This document shows positions 23,126-34,470 of a DNA stretch of 64,000 nucleotides, piece by piece; within the stretch, counting starts at the first letter, position 1, and every line of letters starts with the position of its first letter. The notes beneath the pieces are model-generated. The model was not told the DNA's origin. It did not search any database and was given only the letters and a program-made list of their open reading frames with translations. The DNA comes from Schizochytrium sp. TIO01 (lineage: Eukaryota; Protista; Bigyra: Labyrinthulomycetes). Location of the stretch: contig SMSO01000006.1 in the NCBI GenBank assembly GCA_004764695.1, positions 1,069,859-1,133,858 on the forward strand, read 5' to 3'. Both the position numbers and the translations under genes were made by a program.

Positions 23126-24250
23126 ATGGATAGCACAGGAGCAGGGATCAGGGAAAAGGAAGCATCGGAGTCCAAACCGAGATTCATTTTGACGATTGAG
23201 GAGGACAGCGAGGATGAAACAGAGTCCTTATCCCCTCTCGTTAACGATTATGCGCCTTCAGCAATCGAGGAGAGTCATGGCGTCGAGGTAGACTCAAAAC
23301 AAGATGCGAAAGGTTTTGTTACCTCAGCAGCTGGTGAATCGTCCGTCCAAGCCCAGGAGAACAACGAAGTAAATGAACCAGCCTCAATGGATGCAAGTGC
23401 TGGGCTCAAATCTACACACCTGAACAAGACAAAGAACCAGAACAAAGTGGATGCCAGCGAAATCTCGAGCTCCGAAGCGGAAATGTCAGATCAAGAGGAC
23501 CTAGATCGAGAGGAGCGTCAAAGGTCTTCGTCAAAGAAGCTGGCCAAGGACGAAGCCACCGTCGCGAGGATTCTCAAACGAGTTTCCGACCTTAAGTGTG
23601 AGAATTTAGAGCCTCGAAAAGTCGTCTTTGGCAAACCTTGGAAGGGTGGCAGAGGTGTTCAAATAAGGGTTGACGATTACCATATTCCAGCTAAAGAAAT
23701 CCACTTTGAAGCTGGAGCCTCGTTAAATGCCATAAGGGCACTCACTCGCAACTGTCGGAATGCTGACCAACAAACTGATGTGATTAACAAAATCCTCCAG
23801 GCTGATGGCTGCAAAGTCAGGGTTCGCAATGCAAACTTCTGCAAACCTGAACAAAGCAATGGTGAGTGTTTTGGTACTATCGAGATTTTCAGAACCCAAG
23901 GATTACATTTCAAGTTGTCTCACTTAAAGGAGAAATCTATGGCAACTACAAATATTCAACAAGTGGAACGTATTAAACGCCGACGCCTAAACAAAGGTGC
24001 GTCAGGTGCTTCGTCTGCACAAATTGCCGCGCAAATTACCAGTAGCAGGAATTGTGGTGGTGATGACACTGCCAGTCTAAATCCTAGCGGACGTGACAGC
24101 GCAACCTCAAGTGAAGCAACTCAAAGCAACACTATAGAGGAAGTAGCTAATGCGAAGCAACGCTTTGCATTTTTGTACGCAATGGCTCCCAGTGATGTAA
24201 AACTTCAACTCTTGAAAGAGAGTTTAGAAAAGCTACAAGATTTTTCCTAA
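23126..24250 (+). CDS. Uncharacterised paralogue 1 (B-type repeat domain only, plus C-terminal helix)
   Basis: 374-aa ORF. Shares VVFGKPWKGGRGVQIRVD...FGTIEI and RFAFLYAMAPSDVKLQLLKESL with the downstream paralogues. Confidence 0.85.
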   Translation: MDSTGAGIREKEASESKPRFILTIEEDSEDETESLSPLVNDYAPSAIEESHGVEVDSKQDAKGFVTSAAGESSVQAQENNEVNEPASMDASAGLKSTHLNKTKNQNKVDASEISSSEAEMSDQEDLDREERQRSSSKKLAKDEATVARILKRVSDLKCENLEPRKVVFGKPWKGGRGVQIRVDDYHIPAKEIHFEAGASLNAIRALTRNCRNADQQTDVINKILQADGCKVRVRNANFCKPEQSNGECFGTIEIFRTQGLHFKLSHLKEKSMATTNIQQVERIKRRRLNKGASGASSAQIAAQITSSRNCGGDDTASLNPSGRDSATSSEATQSNTIEEVANAKQRFAFLYAMAPSDVKLQLLKESLEKLQDFS

Positions 24251-27089
24251 GGTGGGCCAGCGTAATCTTGTGAACGACAGACAAACTAATTACATATAAA
24301 GGCTATATTTTCTTGAAATTGGAGTACTTCCACTTTGTCTCTATGTTGTTTTATTTGTATTTTTGTTTTTTTCAGGATTTGAAAAAAGGCAAAATCAATA
24401 TAAACCAGTACCCCGACCCATAGCTTTCCAGTGAAATCATGTAACGCAGCTTACATTTGACCTTGTTTGTTTTGAATCACGTTTCATTGATACGCGTGAC
24501 TGTTTGCATGCAGCGTCTAACCTTGCTCAAATGAATTCAATCATTATTTTACAAGTCAAATTCAGATTATGACTAGCTAGAGAAAGATGGATACATAACT
24601 TTGTTTCATGGTGAGAAGAGATGCTATTCCAGCAAAATGGAGCCGAGGCGTAAAAGGTGGGAATTTGTTCATTTCGAGGTATTAGTCAATGTTGCATAGA
24701 CTCTTGCAATACTGTAAGGACTAACTAATATATATACTTTTAATGATTTTAGTTTTTTTGATTCAATTGTTGCCTGATCATGGAAGTAAGTTTTCACAAC
24801 GTTAAATGGTCAATTCAATCGGATTGATCTTTCGTGTTGATAAACAGCTGATTCAACGACTGCCTGTTCTGGTCTCCTAGCTGATTTACCTCGCCAAAAC
24901 GGGCGGTATCCCTTCCATCGATACTCAAAGGCTTATGGAGGTCGACATAATTTCCTTTTATGTGGATTCTCAATCGATGTGTTTTTCACGTCTGCCTACC
25001 CCTATCAATGAGCACTTTTTCTTGGCATGCTCAATTGTGCACCTCTAAGCATTTATGCGTTCAAGAGGTACCGCTTGATTTGTTTCATATGCTTTAAAAC
25101 TTTCCTCTGCGCAAGCACTAGACGTATATGTACAGGTGTGCATTCATTGGCGGTCAGATCTTTTTCAATCGCGCATAGTGTAGTCTGCTTCTGCTCCAAG
25201 GAGCTTCAGCTATTCGGTATGCAATAGACCAAGCAAGCATTCCTTCATAGGACAAACCAGGCCTATTTGTGCTAAACGCGCTTCCTCCTTGGCTCAGAAT
25301 AAGTATCAAAGCATTTCCTCCTTCCAGTGGCATCTCATGCAGAGTCACACGACGCAGTATATCGACCTTGTTTGTTTAAAGTCACATGACCATTCGTACA
25401 TGTGTCTGCATGCAAAATATGCATCCAACTTGCTCAATCCAATCGAAATCCGATCAAATCATCATTATGCATTTCAAAATAGCTAGAAGTCGACTGACAC
25501 AAACATGCTTAGAGCTCTGGTTTTTGATGAGCAGGTCTGATACTAAGAAAACGGAATAGAGACGATCAATTCAGTAATTTGCTCATGTCGGTGTCGACAT
25601 CTATGTTGTACGGATCCGTGCAATGCTGGAAGGACATGTTAAGCGTACATGTATTGACATGAAATTTGGTTTCCTCAACGAAAAATGGTCGATTCAAGCG
25701 CTGGTTGCTTTGGTCTGTCATATCCAGTGCCTTGCCAACCTAAGTTGTGTGTTTCTAACAACACCAAAATAGTAATGCAGTTTGCACGCATCCCTTGAAA
25801 TCTGAAAATTATCCCTATTAAAGTATATACAACAGCGAAGAGTATACGCAACTTTGTACATCGGCGATTATCTTCAGTAGGGTATGCTTTACGTTTTACT
25901 CCTATCTATTGTTTTCCTATATATCTCCGTCCGCGTCATCTCTCGTTGATCGCTTCACGCTCTCTTGCAATACACTCGAGGACTCTGATCATCTGAATAA
26001 TTCGGCAGTACCCTTTCAATGTAGATCTTCATTGAACATCTTGCACGTCCAGCAGCCTCAATCAAGGTATTATTAACCAATAAACTTCCCTCCTGGCGCG
26101 GTCAGCTACGCTCTTCTAGCTATCTCTGTGCTCAAAAGACGCCTCTTGACCCGTCAAACACACTCCAACGTGTTAGGGCGATATCTACATTTGTGCTCAT
26201 TTGTGGTCAAAGTGCTTTGGATACCGCACAGACATGTCCTCCTATCCGTCGCAACATGCGTTATCCACTAACCATACCCACCAGCAAGACAATTTTTTAA
26301 GGATGTCATTTCGCCAGAACTACCTTACCATCGGAAGATCGTTGCACCCCCAAATTCTGTTCTTTCTGTAGGGCTCTTTACATTCGGTGAGCTTTTGAGG
26401 AAGAACCCAAGCTTGAGCTAAGCTTCGATTGGTCAACTCGATATCGTCATGGTGGTAAACGATATAGGGCCTTTCTCCAAACAATAATGGAACCCCAAAT
26501 CATGGGTTCCTTGGTATCGCTATCAGTAGTACCTCAACAAGAGTTACTATAGTAACTTGCTTGACAGTACTTAAACGCGTAGCTGGGCAGAGTCCTTTGC
26601 GTCGTTGCTTTCGTTAGATACCGTTCGCTAAAGGCGATACCGTCCAGGTGTTTAAAAAAAGAAAAAAGAAAAAGACTGAAAACTCAATATCCCTTTCAGA
26701 AGGCAGCCGCTCTCAAAAGGCGCTCTCAAGAAATTGTGGAAAACTTCTTCTCCCACAGCCCCCTTACATCACCAAAACTTGAATCATTTGCGGCAGTCTG
26801 CTCTGGTGAATAAAAAATCAGTACACCTTGATAGGTACCTCCACACCTCCTCACATTACCACTGTGTATATTTAGGTGGTAGTGAGGCTCCTAACCTCCT
26901 CACAGTACCACTGCATTTTATTTGGGTGGTAGTGGGGTTTCTATATGTGAGGAGAAACTAAATTTTATTCTTAGCATTCAGCTTTTGAAGGCGTGCCCCT
27001 CACATCTCCACTGACGTACCTGGTTGATCGAAGCGATAGACTTTATTGCAAATCCAAATCACCTCAGGCTGATCTTGAGGAACAAAGCA

Positions 27090-29042
27090 ATGAGCGAGGA
27101 CGACGGTATGCGCGAGTCTAGTGTGGTTTACATCAGCGACAACGAAAGCAATGATGAAGGCAATGATCCATCATCTCGCTTAGGTAGGCCCAGGTCTCCG
27201 TCGAGGGCAAATGATATTGCTAAGGGAGATCTTCTGCAGGAGTCTCGACAAAATGAGGAGCTCGGAGAAGCTGCGAGCCCCTCACATCGAGCCGAAGAAG
27301 ACAGCCATGAGGACAACCAGGAAGATGACCTGGAAGACGTACGAACGACACAAGGAGACGGTGATGACGCGGAGTCTGTGAACCAAGAACGCGACGAAGA
27401 AACGCAACATGGCTATGACGCCCATAATTCGAATGACAGCGAGAAGGAGGAGGACGCAGGGCAAGAGGAGCGCGTAAAGCGGAGAGGCGAAGCCAAGAGA
27501 ACGAATAATTCTCAACGTCAAAATGTTGAATCAGACGGTTTAGCGAGAAAGGCCAGAGCTGTGCTCATGAAAATTATCAATTATCTTCATGAACATAAGA
27601 TAAAACCTCCTCAGGTTTTAACAGTTCAATTTTTCAAGACTACCAACGGTAAGCAACTAAGACTAAACAATAAACGCGTCTCTGCAAGAGCTATTAGGTA
27701 TGGACCTGGACTTATTTGGGATGATATCAGGCCCCTCGTTTCTGGCACGGACGTTCATGAAGATAAAAGAGCAGAAGCACTCAACAAACTCCTTGCTGCG
27801 GACGATCGCGGGTTCGAAATCAAGAAGTTGGAGCGATTTGAAGGAAGGGAGGACAACATGATTGGGTCGTTCGAGATTCATTTCAATGAAGAAATGACTT
27901 CCACACATTCAGACTTGGCTGATGCTCGTAACGAATCGGATGAAAGCGAAGGAGAGGCTTCGGATGATGAGGACTCAGATGACGAGGAGCATCAAGGATC
28001 TCCGTCAAAGAAGAAGCAGAAAAGAAAGAAGGGTCTAACTACAGATCAGTCAATAATTGTGAGGATTATCAAAAGGATTGTTCGTCTCACGTCTCAGACT
28101 TCCGCGCCTCGGGAAGTTGTCTATGGCAAACCTTTGAAGGGTGGTAGTGGTGTTCAAATAAGGGTTGATAATAAGCACATCCCAGCAAGATATGTTCACT
28201 CCAAGGCTGGGCCCTCGCTAGATGCAATTAGGGCACTGACTTGCAACTGTGACAGCATTGATCAGCAAACTAATGTAATCAACGGCATCCTCGAGGCTGC
28301 TGGCTGCCAAGTCAGAGTCCGCAAGGTAAACTTCACCAAGGCCGAAGAAAGCGAAGACAAGGTCTTTGGCACTTTCAGAATCGAAATGCCAAAGTCAGGA
28401 TCGCCCAGCTTGAGGAGGGCATCCACGGAGGCTGCAAGGGATGATGATTTGCCCCGGAGGAAGTCAAAACGTCTTCAGAAGGAAACCAGTTTTTTTCGTG
28501 ACCCTGAACACTGTCGCGGTTCTAAACGCATACGGGAAACGGATCGTGGTGCGGGTACAGGTACTTTGTCGCAGAAGGCTTCATCGAAGAAGGCTTCAAC
28601 CCGAAGTAGCAGTGAGAACACTCAAAGCAATCCCATGCGCGAATGCAGAAGAAAGGCTGATATAGAGGGCGCCACTTCGCCTACTCTGGGTGCAACCCAA
28701 CGTGTCAGTAGCAGTAGCAGTAGCCGCAGCGATACAAACGGCGCGAACAATAGTCGTAGCGATGGTGATGCACATATCCCGCCTGGCCAGACTGCTGCCC
28801 AAAGTGTCAGTAGCAGCAGCCGTGACAGTACGAGCAACCAAGGGGATGCAAGCGTTCCCATTCCGCCTATTTCCGAGAGGTTCTCAAGAGAATCTTCCCA
28901 AAGCAACAATGACTCGCCATCTGTTGTTCCTAATCATGTGTTCAGAGAAGTTTTGCAGAGCCTGTCCACGGAAGCACAGGTGGAAATAGGAAATGGTTGG
29001 ATTTCCCGTTATGTTCTTAGTGAACCACACTCTAATAAATGA
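27090..29042 (+). CDS. Uncharacterised paralogue 2 (A+B domains, divergent C-terminus)
   Basis: Intact ORF from ATG 27090. Domain A at ~27546-27890, acidic/basic linker PSKKKQKRKK, domain B at ~28045-28390. Confidence 0.88.
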   Translation: MSEDDGMRESSVVYISDNESNDEGNDPSSRLGRPRSPSRANDIAKGDLLQESRQNEELGEAASPSHRAEEDSHEDNQEDDLEDVRTTQGDGDDAESVNQERDEETQHGYDAHNSNDSEKEEDAGQEERVKRRGEAKRTNNSQRQNVESDGLARKARAVLMKIINYLHEHKIKPPQVLTVQFFKTTNGKQLRLNNKRVSARAIRYGPGLIWDDIRPLVSGTDVHEDKRAEALNKLLAADDRGFEIKKLERFEGREDNMIGSFEIHFNEEMTSTHSDLADARNESDESEGEASDDEDSDDEEHQGSPSKKKQKRKKGLTTDQSIIVRIIKRIVRLTSQTSAPREVVYGKPLKGGSGVQIRVDNKHIPARYVHSKAGPSLDAIRALTCNCDSIDQQTNVINGILEAAGCQVRVRKVNFTKAEESEDKVFGTFRIEMPKSGSPSLRRASTEAARDDDLPRRKSKRLQKETSFFRDPEHCRGSKRIRETDRGAGTGTLSQKASSKKASTRSSSENTQSNPMRECRRKADIEGATSPTLGATQRVSSSSSSRSDTNGANNSRSDGDAHIPPGQTAAQSVSSSSRDSTSNQGDASVPIPPISERFSRESSQSNNDSPSVVPNHVFREVLQSLSTEAQVEIGNGWISRYVLSEPHSNK

Positions 29043-29249
29043 ATCATTTTCTCTTTAAGATGAGAGTGTTCTAAGTCTTAGATAATCTTTCCAGCTTTCA
29101 CTCACATAAAAAAATAGGTATTAAATCAGTCTTTCTTTCTAAGATTTATATTTGAGGTCTCAAACCAGCTGCTGAGATCGCAAATCAAAGAGTCGTGAAG
29201 ACAACACACCATTGGACCCCTCGGCATACTATTCTAAGTCCCCATCGAC

Positions 29250-29665
29250 TGCTGAAAGACGATAATGATCAGCTTGAGGTTGACTGTAAAGATGAAGGCA
29301 AGGGTCTTGATGAAGGTTTTAAGAAGGCTGATTTAAGAGTTAGCGAACTTCTGTCCTGGAGAATGAATTGCAGGAAAAGGATCCATGTAGTAATTAAGGA
29401 GATTCAGAAATTCTTGAAGGGTTTTAGAGATAATCGATGGGGTTAGGCTAATTCAACTACTTCAACCATCAATTCAAGTTACACCATACTTGGATGTAGG
29501 TAGTCTGTAGTCACACTTCTGGTTCTTAATCTCTGGCATCCATATGAATCTGGCTGCCTACTCTTGCTCTATTGTAAACCTGATGTCTTCTGGGGTTTCG
29601 CACAGGGGCGCCAAGAACTCTGGCAATTTCTTGTCCACTAGTTCCTTCGATTGGAGATCTCAGCG
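29250..29665 (-). mobile_element. Diverged solo LTR related to the copia element
   Basis: The reverse complement aligns end to end with the 415-bp LTR, e.g. TTGTCCACTAGTTCCTTCGATTGGAGATCTCAGC and GAGGTTGACTGTAAAGATGAAGG. Many substitutions and no clean TSD. Confidence 0.9.
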
Positions 29666-29872
29666 CATCTTTCAACAGCACAGTATTTCGAAACCAACAA
29701 GGTCGATTTAAAAGTATATCGTGTCGTGTGGTCTTGCATAAGACCCTACTAGCTAGCTATGGATGAAACTGACAGCATGAGCATAGTAAATATAGTTCAG
29801 TTTTCAAGAAAATACAATCTATATATGTAATTATTTTGGCTACTATTCTTAAGATCACACTTATTGGGATTA

Positions 29873-31165
29873 TCAAAACTTCTTTACGTTCGCGAAACTT
29901 TCTTTTAGGAGCTGAAGTTTTACATCATTGGGAGATATTTTGAACAAGAATTCGAATCTTCTCCTAGCAGCCTCTTCTTCTGCAGTGCTACTTTGAAAAA
30001 TATCACTTGAGGCCGTATCCGGCGTGTTTGTGTCCATAGCGTCTACACCACCTCGGCTGCTGCTGCTTGTGCTACCACATTCACTACGAATGGTACTGGT
30101 GGTGCCATCCCCTCTATGAGTGCTGCTACTGACGCCTGGGACGGGAGTTTGGGCAGACAAATTAGACGAAGTTTTTCTGGCACCTACGTTTTGGTGTCGA
30201 CGTTTGGGACTGCGACTGTATTGGCTACTATTGGAACCTCGTCGATGACGCTTCGGTTTGTTGCTGGGAATTTCTTGAACTTTTCTTCTTCTATCAAACT
30301 TCCTCGCCGCTGAGTCTGATTGTTTGGGAGTCGATTCATCATTTATGTGCATCTCAAAAGTCCCAACAAGGTTGTTCTCGCTTGCCTCGTATGTCTTGAG
30401 ATTAAGAACTGTGAAATTACAATCGCTAGTGTCAAGAGCTCCGTTGAGTACAGTAGTTGTCTCGTGAATATTCTTGCTAGAGATGAGGACCTTAATAGCA
30501 TCCCAAATCCTTCCAGGGTTGTAGTTAAGATCTCTTTTTTTGACACGATTTTGGTTTAGCTTCAATATAATACGGCTGCTTTCCCTGGAAAACACAACGT
30601 GAATCGGCCGAGAGAAGTTTTGCTTATGTTTAGCAACATATCTGAAAATCTTTGCAATTGCAGATTTGGCTTTCTTTTCAGTATGATTTAGAACAGCAGC
30701 TTGAAGTTGTGCTCCGCGACCTTTGATGCTATTTACCTCGCTTCTTGGGCCAGAAGTTCTCCCCTGGTTTGCCTTATCCTGATGTGTGCCATGCGGATCT
30801 ACATTATCATCCTCCCCGTTGGCATCCCGACCAATTGGCGTATTATCTTCTTCTTCGGAAGATACCTCGTCATATAACTCCTGCGTACTTGCTGGGACTT
30901 CCTGGTCACCATCTTGTGTGTCCACATGATCATCTTCCTGGGTTTGACCTGGCACTCTCACGCCTCCTACGAGCTCCGTGTCTATTCGAGACCTGGACTC
31001 ACGCTTTGAAGCATTTTTCACAAGAACTTCCCCCTCCTGCTCCTTCTCTTCTGCTGAAGGTCTAGACCTATCAAAACGAGGTGTTGAAGCATTGGCCTTG
31101 TCATCACTGTCGCTGCAGGAAGTGGAGGTCTTGCCCGCCTCGTGCATACCGTTGCCCGAGCTCAT
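29873..31165 (-). CDS. Uncharacterised paralogue 3 (A-type repeat domain only, plus C-terminal helix)
   Basis: 430-aa ORF. KAKSAIAKIFRY...YNPGRIWDAIKVL...LVGTFEMHINDE matches domain A. Ends RRFEFLFKISPNDVKLQLLKESF. Confidence 0.85.
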   Translation of the reverse strand: MSSGNGMHEAGKTSTSCSDSDDKANASTPRFDRSRPSAEEKEQEGEVLVKNASKRESRSRIDTELVGGVRVPGQTQEDDHVDTQDGDQEVPASTQELYDEVSSEEEDNTPIGRDANGEDDNVDPHGTHQDKANQGRTSGPRSEVNSIKGRGAQLQAAVLNHTEKKAKSAIAKIFRYVAKHKQNFSRPIHVVFSRESSRIILKLNQNRVKKRDLNYNPGRIWDAIKVLISSKNIHETTTVLNGALDTSDCNFTVLNLKTYEASENNLVGTFEMHINDESTPKQSDSAARKFDRRRKVQEIPSNKPKRHRRGSNSSQYSRSPKRRHQNVGARKTSSNLSAQTPVPGVSSSTHRGDGTTSTIRSECGSTSSSSRGGVDAMDTNTPDTASSDIFQSSTAEEEAARRRFEFLFKISPNDVKLQLLKESFANVKKF

Positions 31166-31837
31166 CGTCTATCACCCAAACCTATTCAGGAATTGCAGTC
31201 TTCGTCGACTTGAACTTACCTCTACAATCACAGTAACTAATGTGAGGGACGCCTTCGAAAGCTGAAAACACTGATATTGATCCACCTTGCCTTCTTACCA
31301 CAAACTGTTCCTGCCCTCTGCCAACTGGTAAGCAAAACATCCACCATGCTACGCTCTGAAAACCCAACTTAACACATACAGGCGGGGGCCGCTCTCAAGG
31401 CTGGACTGCTCCCACTCACACCATACCCTCCTCAGCAGCCAAGAAAGTGAAATCAATGGTCGGCCAATCATGTGAGGAAGGGACTGTGTCTGTCCTCTGA
31501 TTGGCTCTGGCCTATGCTCGAGAGGGACATCAATGTAGTTGCGTGAATTTCATTTGAAGGATTGGAGCTCTTTCTGGAGGCTCGAGATCGAGAGCCTGCT
31601 CAAAGTCTCTCCCGTCTAACCAATTACAGAATTCGGTAAAAGTCTTAACCAACAATAAAATAAACATGGATAGACAGGAGTGCCAAAAACTCGAAGGAAA
31701 GCGAAGGCAAAGTGAAAGTCGATAGAAACTAAATCCATTTTCGGGAGACAGAGAACGAGCTTCACGATTACTGAGGGAGAGCAAGCGTCGACGGAGCAGG
31801 AGCCCGGCAGCAAGGAGACAACCCCACCAGCAAAAAG

Positions 31838-33535
31838 ATGGCTGAGTTGTGCCACCTTAGCGACAGTGATTCAGACAACGACCTAGAATTGAAAGAGAAG
31901 AAAGGCAAGCCTCGACGAGAGCCACAGCTCGCGGAGGCGTCGACCTCGTCTACTCAAGCGCAGGGAAATGACCAGGAAGGTGAACGAGCGTCACAGAGTA
32001 CGCAGTCTGCGTCTAACTCATTAAAAGAAAAGCGCAACCTTGGCGAAACCCAACCTGGTGGGGACGACGACGAATCGACTGTAGACGGGGAAGAGGCTCC
32101 GGGCTCAAGGAGCAAGGTAGATAATACCGAAGGACGCCGAGCTCAACGTCGAAATGCTGAATCAGACGATTTATCGAGAAAGGCCAGAGCTGTGCTCATG
32201 AAAATTATCAATTATCTTCATAAACATAAGATAAAACCTCCTCAGGTTTTAACAGTTCAATTTTTCAAGACTACCAACGGTACGCAACTAAGACTAAACA
32301 ATTCTCGCGTCTCTGCAAGAGATATTGGGTATGGACCTGGACTTATTTGGGATGATATCAGCCCCCTCGTTTCTGGCACGGACGCTCATGAAGATAAAAG
32401 AGCAGAAGCACTCAACAAACTCCTTGCTGCGGACGATCGCGGGTTCGAAATCGAGAAGTTGGAGCGATTTGAAGGAAGAAAGGACAACATGATTGGGTCG
32501 TTCGAGATTCATTTCAATGAAGAAATGACTTTCACACATTCAGACTTGGCTAATGCTCGTAACGAATCGGATGAAAGCGAAGGAGAGGCTTCGGATGATG
32601 AGGACTCAGATGATGAGGACGCAGATAATGAGGACGCAGATGATGAAGGGCATCAAAGATCTCCGTCAAAGAAGAAGCAGAAAAGAAAGAAGGGTCTAAC
32701 TACAGCTCAGTCAATAATTGTGAGGGTTATCAAAAGGATTGCTCGTCACACGTCTCAGACCCCCGCGTCTCGGAAAGTTGTCTATGGCAAACCTTTGAAG
32801 GGCGGTAGGGGTGTTCAAATAAGGGTTGGCGATGAGCACATCCCAGCAAAAGATGTTCACTTCGAGGCTGGAGCCTCGCTAGATGCAATCAGGGCACTGA
32901 TCCACAACTGTGACAGCATTGACCAGCAAACCAATGCAATCAACGACATCCTCGAGGATGCTGGTTGCAAAGTCAGAGTCCGCAAGGTAAACTTCACCAA
33001 GGACGAAGAAAGCGAAGACAAGGTCTTTGGCACTTTCAGAATCGAAATGCCAAAGTCAGGATCGCCCAGCTTGAGAAGGGCATCCACGGAGGATGCAGAG
33101 GATGAAGATTCGCGGCCCAGCTCTAGTCGTGTCCAGACGAAAACCTCATTTTATCATAACACTGAGCACTGCCACGGTTCTAAACGCAAACGCGACATGG
33201 ATGCTGGTACAAGTAAAGATAATTTGTCCAAGAAGACTTCACCTCAAGGTGCCAGTAGCAGTAGCCGCAGCGATGCAAACACCGCGAGCATGAGCCATAG
33301 TACTGGTGATGTCAGCAACCAGAGTAAAAATGATGACGGGAGCAAGCGCCGTAAGGGGGTTACCAGTGCAAGCAACACGAGCCAGGGTGATGCAACTGCC
33401 AGCAATACGAACACTTCGGATACTGCAGAAGATGTTGCTACGAGAAGATTTAAATTGTTGTTTGAAATGGCTCCTAAAGATGTACAACTTCAGCTCCTAA
33501 AAGAAAGTCTCGCGAGCATAGAAAAGTTTGGATAA
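31838..33535 (+). CDS. Uncharacterised paralogue 4 (A+B domains plus C-terminal helix)
   Basis: 565-aa ORF. Domain A is near-identical to paralogue 2. Domain B and the tail are near-identical to paralogue 5. Confidence 0.88.
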   Translation: MAELCHLSDSDSDNDLELKEKKGKPRREPQLAEASTSSTQAQGNDQEGERASQSTQSASNSLKEKRNLGETQPGGDDDESTVDGEEAPGSRSKVDNTEGRRAQRRNAESDDLSRKARAVLMKIINYLHKHKIKPPQVLTVQFFKTTNGTQLRLNNSRVSARDIGYGPGLIWDDISPLVSGTDAHEDKRAEALNKLLAADDRGFEIEKLERFEGRKDNMIGSFEIHFNEEMTFTHSDLANARNESDESEGEASDDEDSDDEDADNEDADDEGHQRSPSKKKQKRKKGLTTAQSIIVRVIKRIARHTSQTPASRKVVYGKPLKGGRGVQIRVGDEHIPAKDVHFEAGASLDAIRALIHNCDSIDQQTNAINDILEDAGCKVRVRKVNFTKDEESEDKVFGTFRIEMPKSGSPSLRRASTEDAEDEDSRPSSSRVQTKTSFYHNTEHCHGSKRKRDMDAGTSKDNLSKKTSPQGASSSSRSDANTASMSHSTGDVSNQSKNDDGSKRRKGVTSASNTSQGDATASNTNTSDTAEDVATRRFKLLFEMAPKDVQLQLLKESLASIEKFG

Positions 33536-34071
33536 TCCAGCAAGTGTGATCTTGGGAATGCCAGACAAAATAACTACATAAGTAGGCTATAACTTGTTGA
33601 GGATTACATTGGTTTCATTAATTTTGTTCTCAAAGTGTTCTCTATTTTGAAAAACTTCATTTTAACCTCTGAGAAATGAGCGAAGTAAGGTATCGAATCA
33701 GACAGCTAGCCCTTCCACAGTTTTTCATTAGTACCCCACGCAAAGTCATACAACATAGGATTCACCAAACGCAAGCTTACATGTATTGAATCACACGGCC
33801 CTTGGTACATGTGACTATCTGCTATGAGACATCCAGTCCAACCAGATCGAGCCTATCTAATCAACATACTGGAAATCAAAGTCATAACAACTTGAAGTTT
33901 TAAAAAGAGAATCGATGTATGATACAGTTAGAATCATTCATCTCCATGAACATGTGTCTTGGAAGATGGTAGAAGTGAGACTTCCAAGCTAAGAGTCTAT
34001 TAATTTGGGAGCCCAAGTTAAGACTACACGAATTGTTTCAATTCTGGAATGACGACGATAAGTTTATTGAT
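32141..34071 (+). repeat. Recent tandem segmental duplication, copy 1 (copy 2 is 36937-38996)
   Basis: High nucleotide identity through the coding region and ~535 bp of 3' flank, ending GACGACGATAAGTTTATTGAT. Confidence 0.9.
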
Positions 34072-34470
34072 ACAGTATCAGATGGATGCGATTGCAAGCT
34101 TCGAGAATGAAATGGCTCTGTATGAGGAACTGCGACCGCTGATGGGCATTCACGTTCCATTCTACTTGTTCGGTGGAAGGCACATGTTCAACGATTTACT
34201 GATTGCAGTCTTGTGTACCACGGTGACGCACTTTCTCGGCTACCAAAAGCGTCGATCACCAGTGAGATCAAGGGCAAGGCGCGTGCAGCACTGTCAGCTG
34301 TGCACGAGTATGGCGTTGCGCACAATGACATTCGGTTGAACAACTTTGTCGTTGACCACATTGAAGCGGTGAGGGTGATTGACTTCGGCATGTCAACGAT
34401 TGGAGCAAGTGACAAGATGGTTGCAGATGACAATGCTGCTTTTGACAAGCTCTTTGCGTTTGTTGAATAA
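34072..34470 (+). pseudogene. 5'-truncated, frameshifted protein-kinase-like fragment
   Basis: ENEMALYEELRPLMGIHVP...FGG, then a frameshift near 34212, then ALSAVHEYGVAHNDIRLNNFVV...VRVIDFGMS (catalytic loop and DFG). The N-lobe is missing. Confidence 0.8.

Noticed and set aside
29195-29446. 83-aa ORF
   Set aside because: It lies mostly antisense within the solo LTR.
34049-34339. 96-aa ORF as an intact gene
   Set aside because: Its ATG lies in duplicated non-coding flank (also present at 38974), and the kinase homology shifts frame near 34212.
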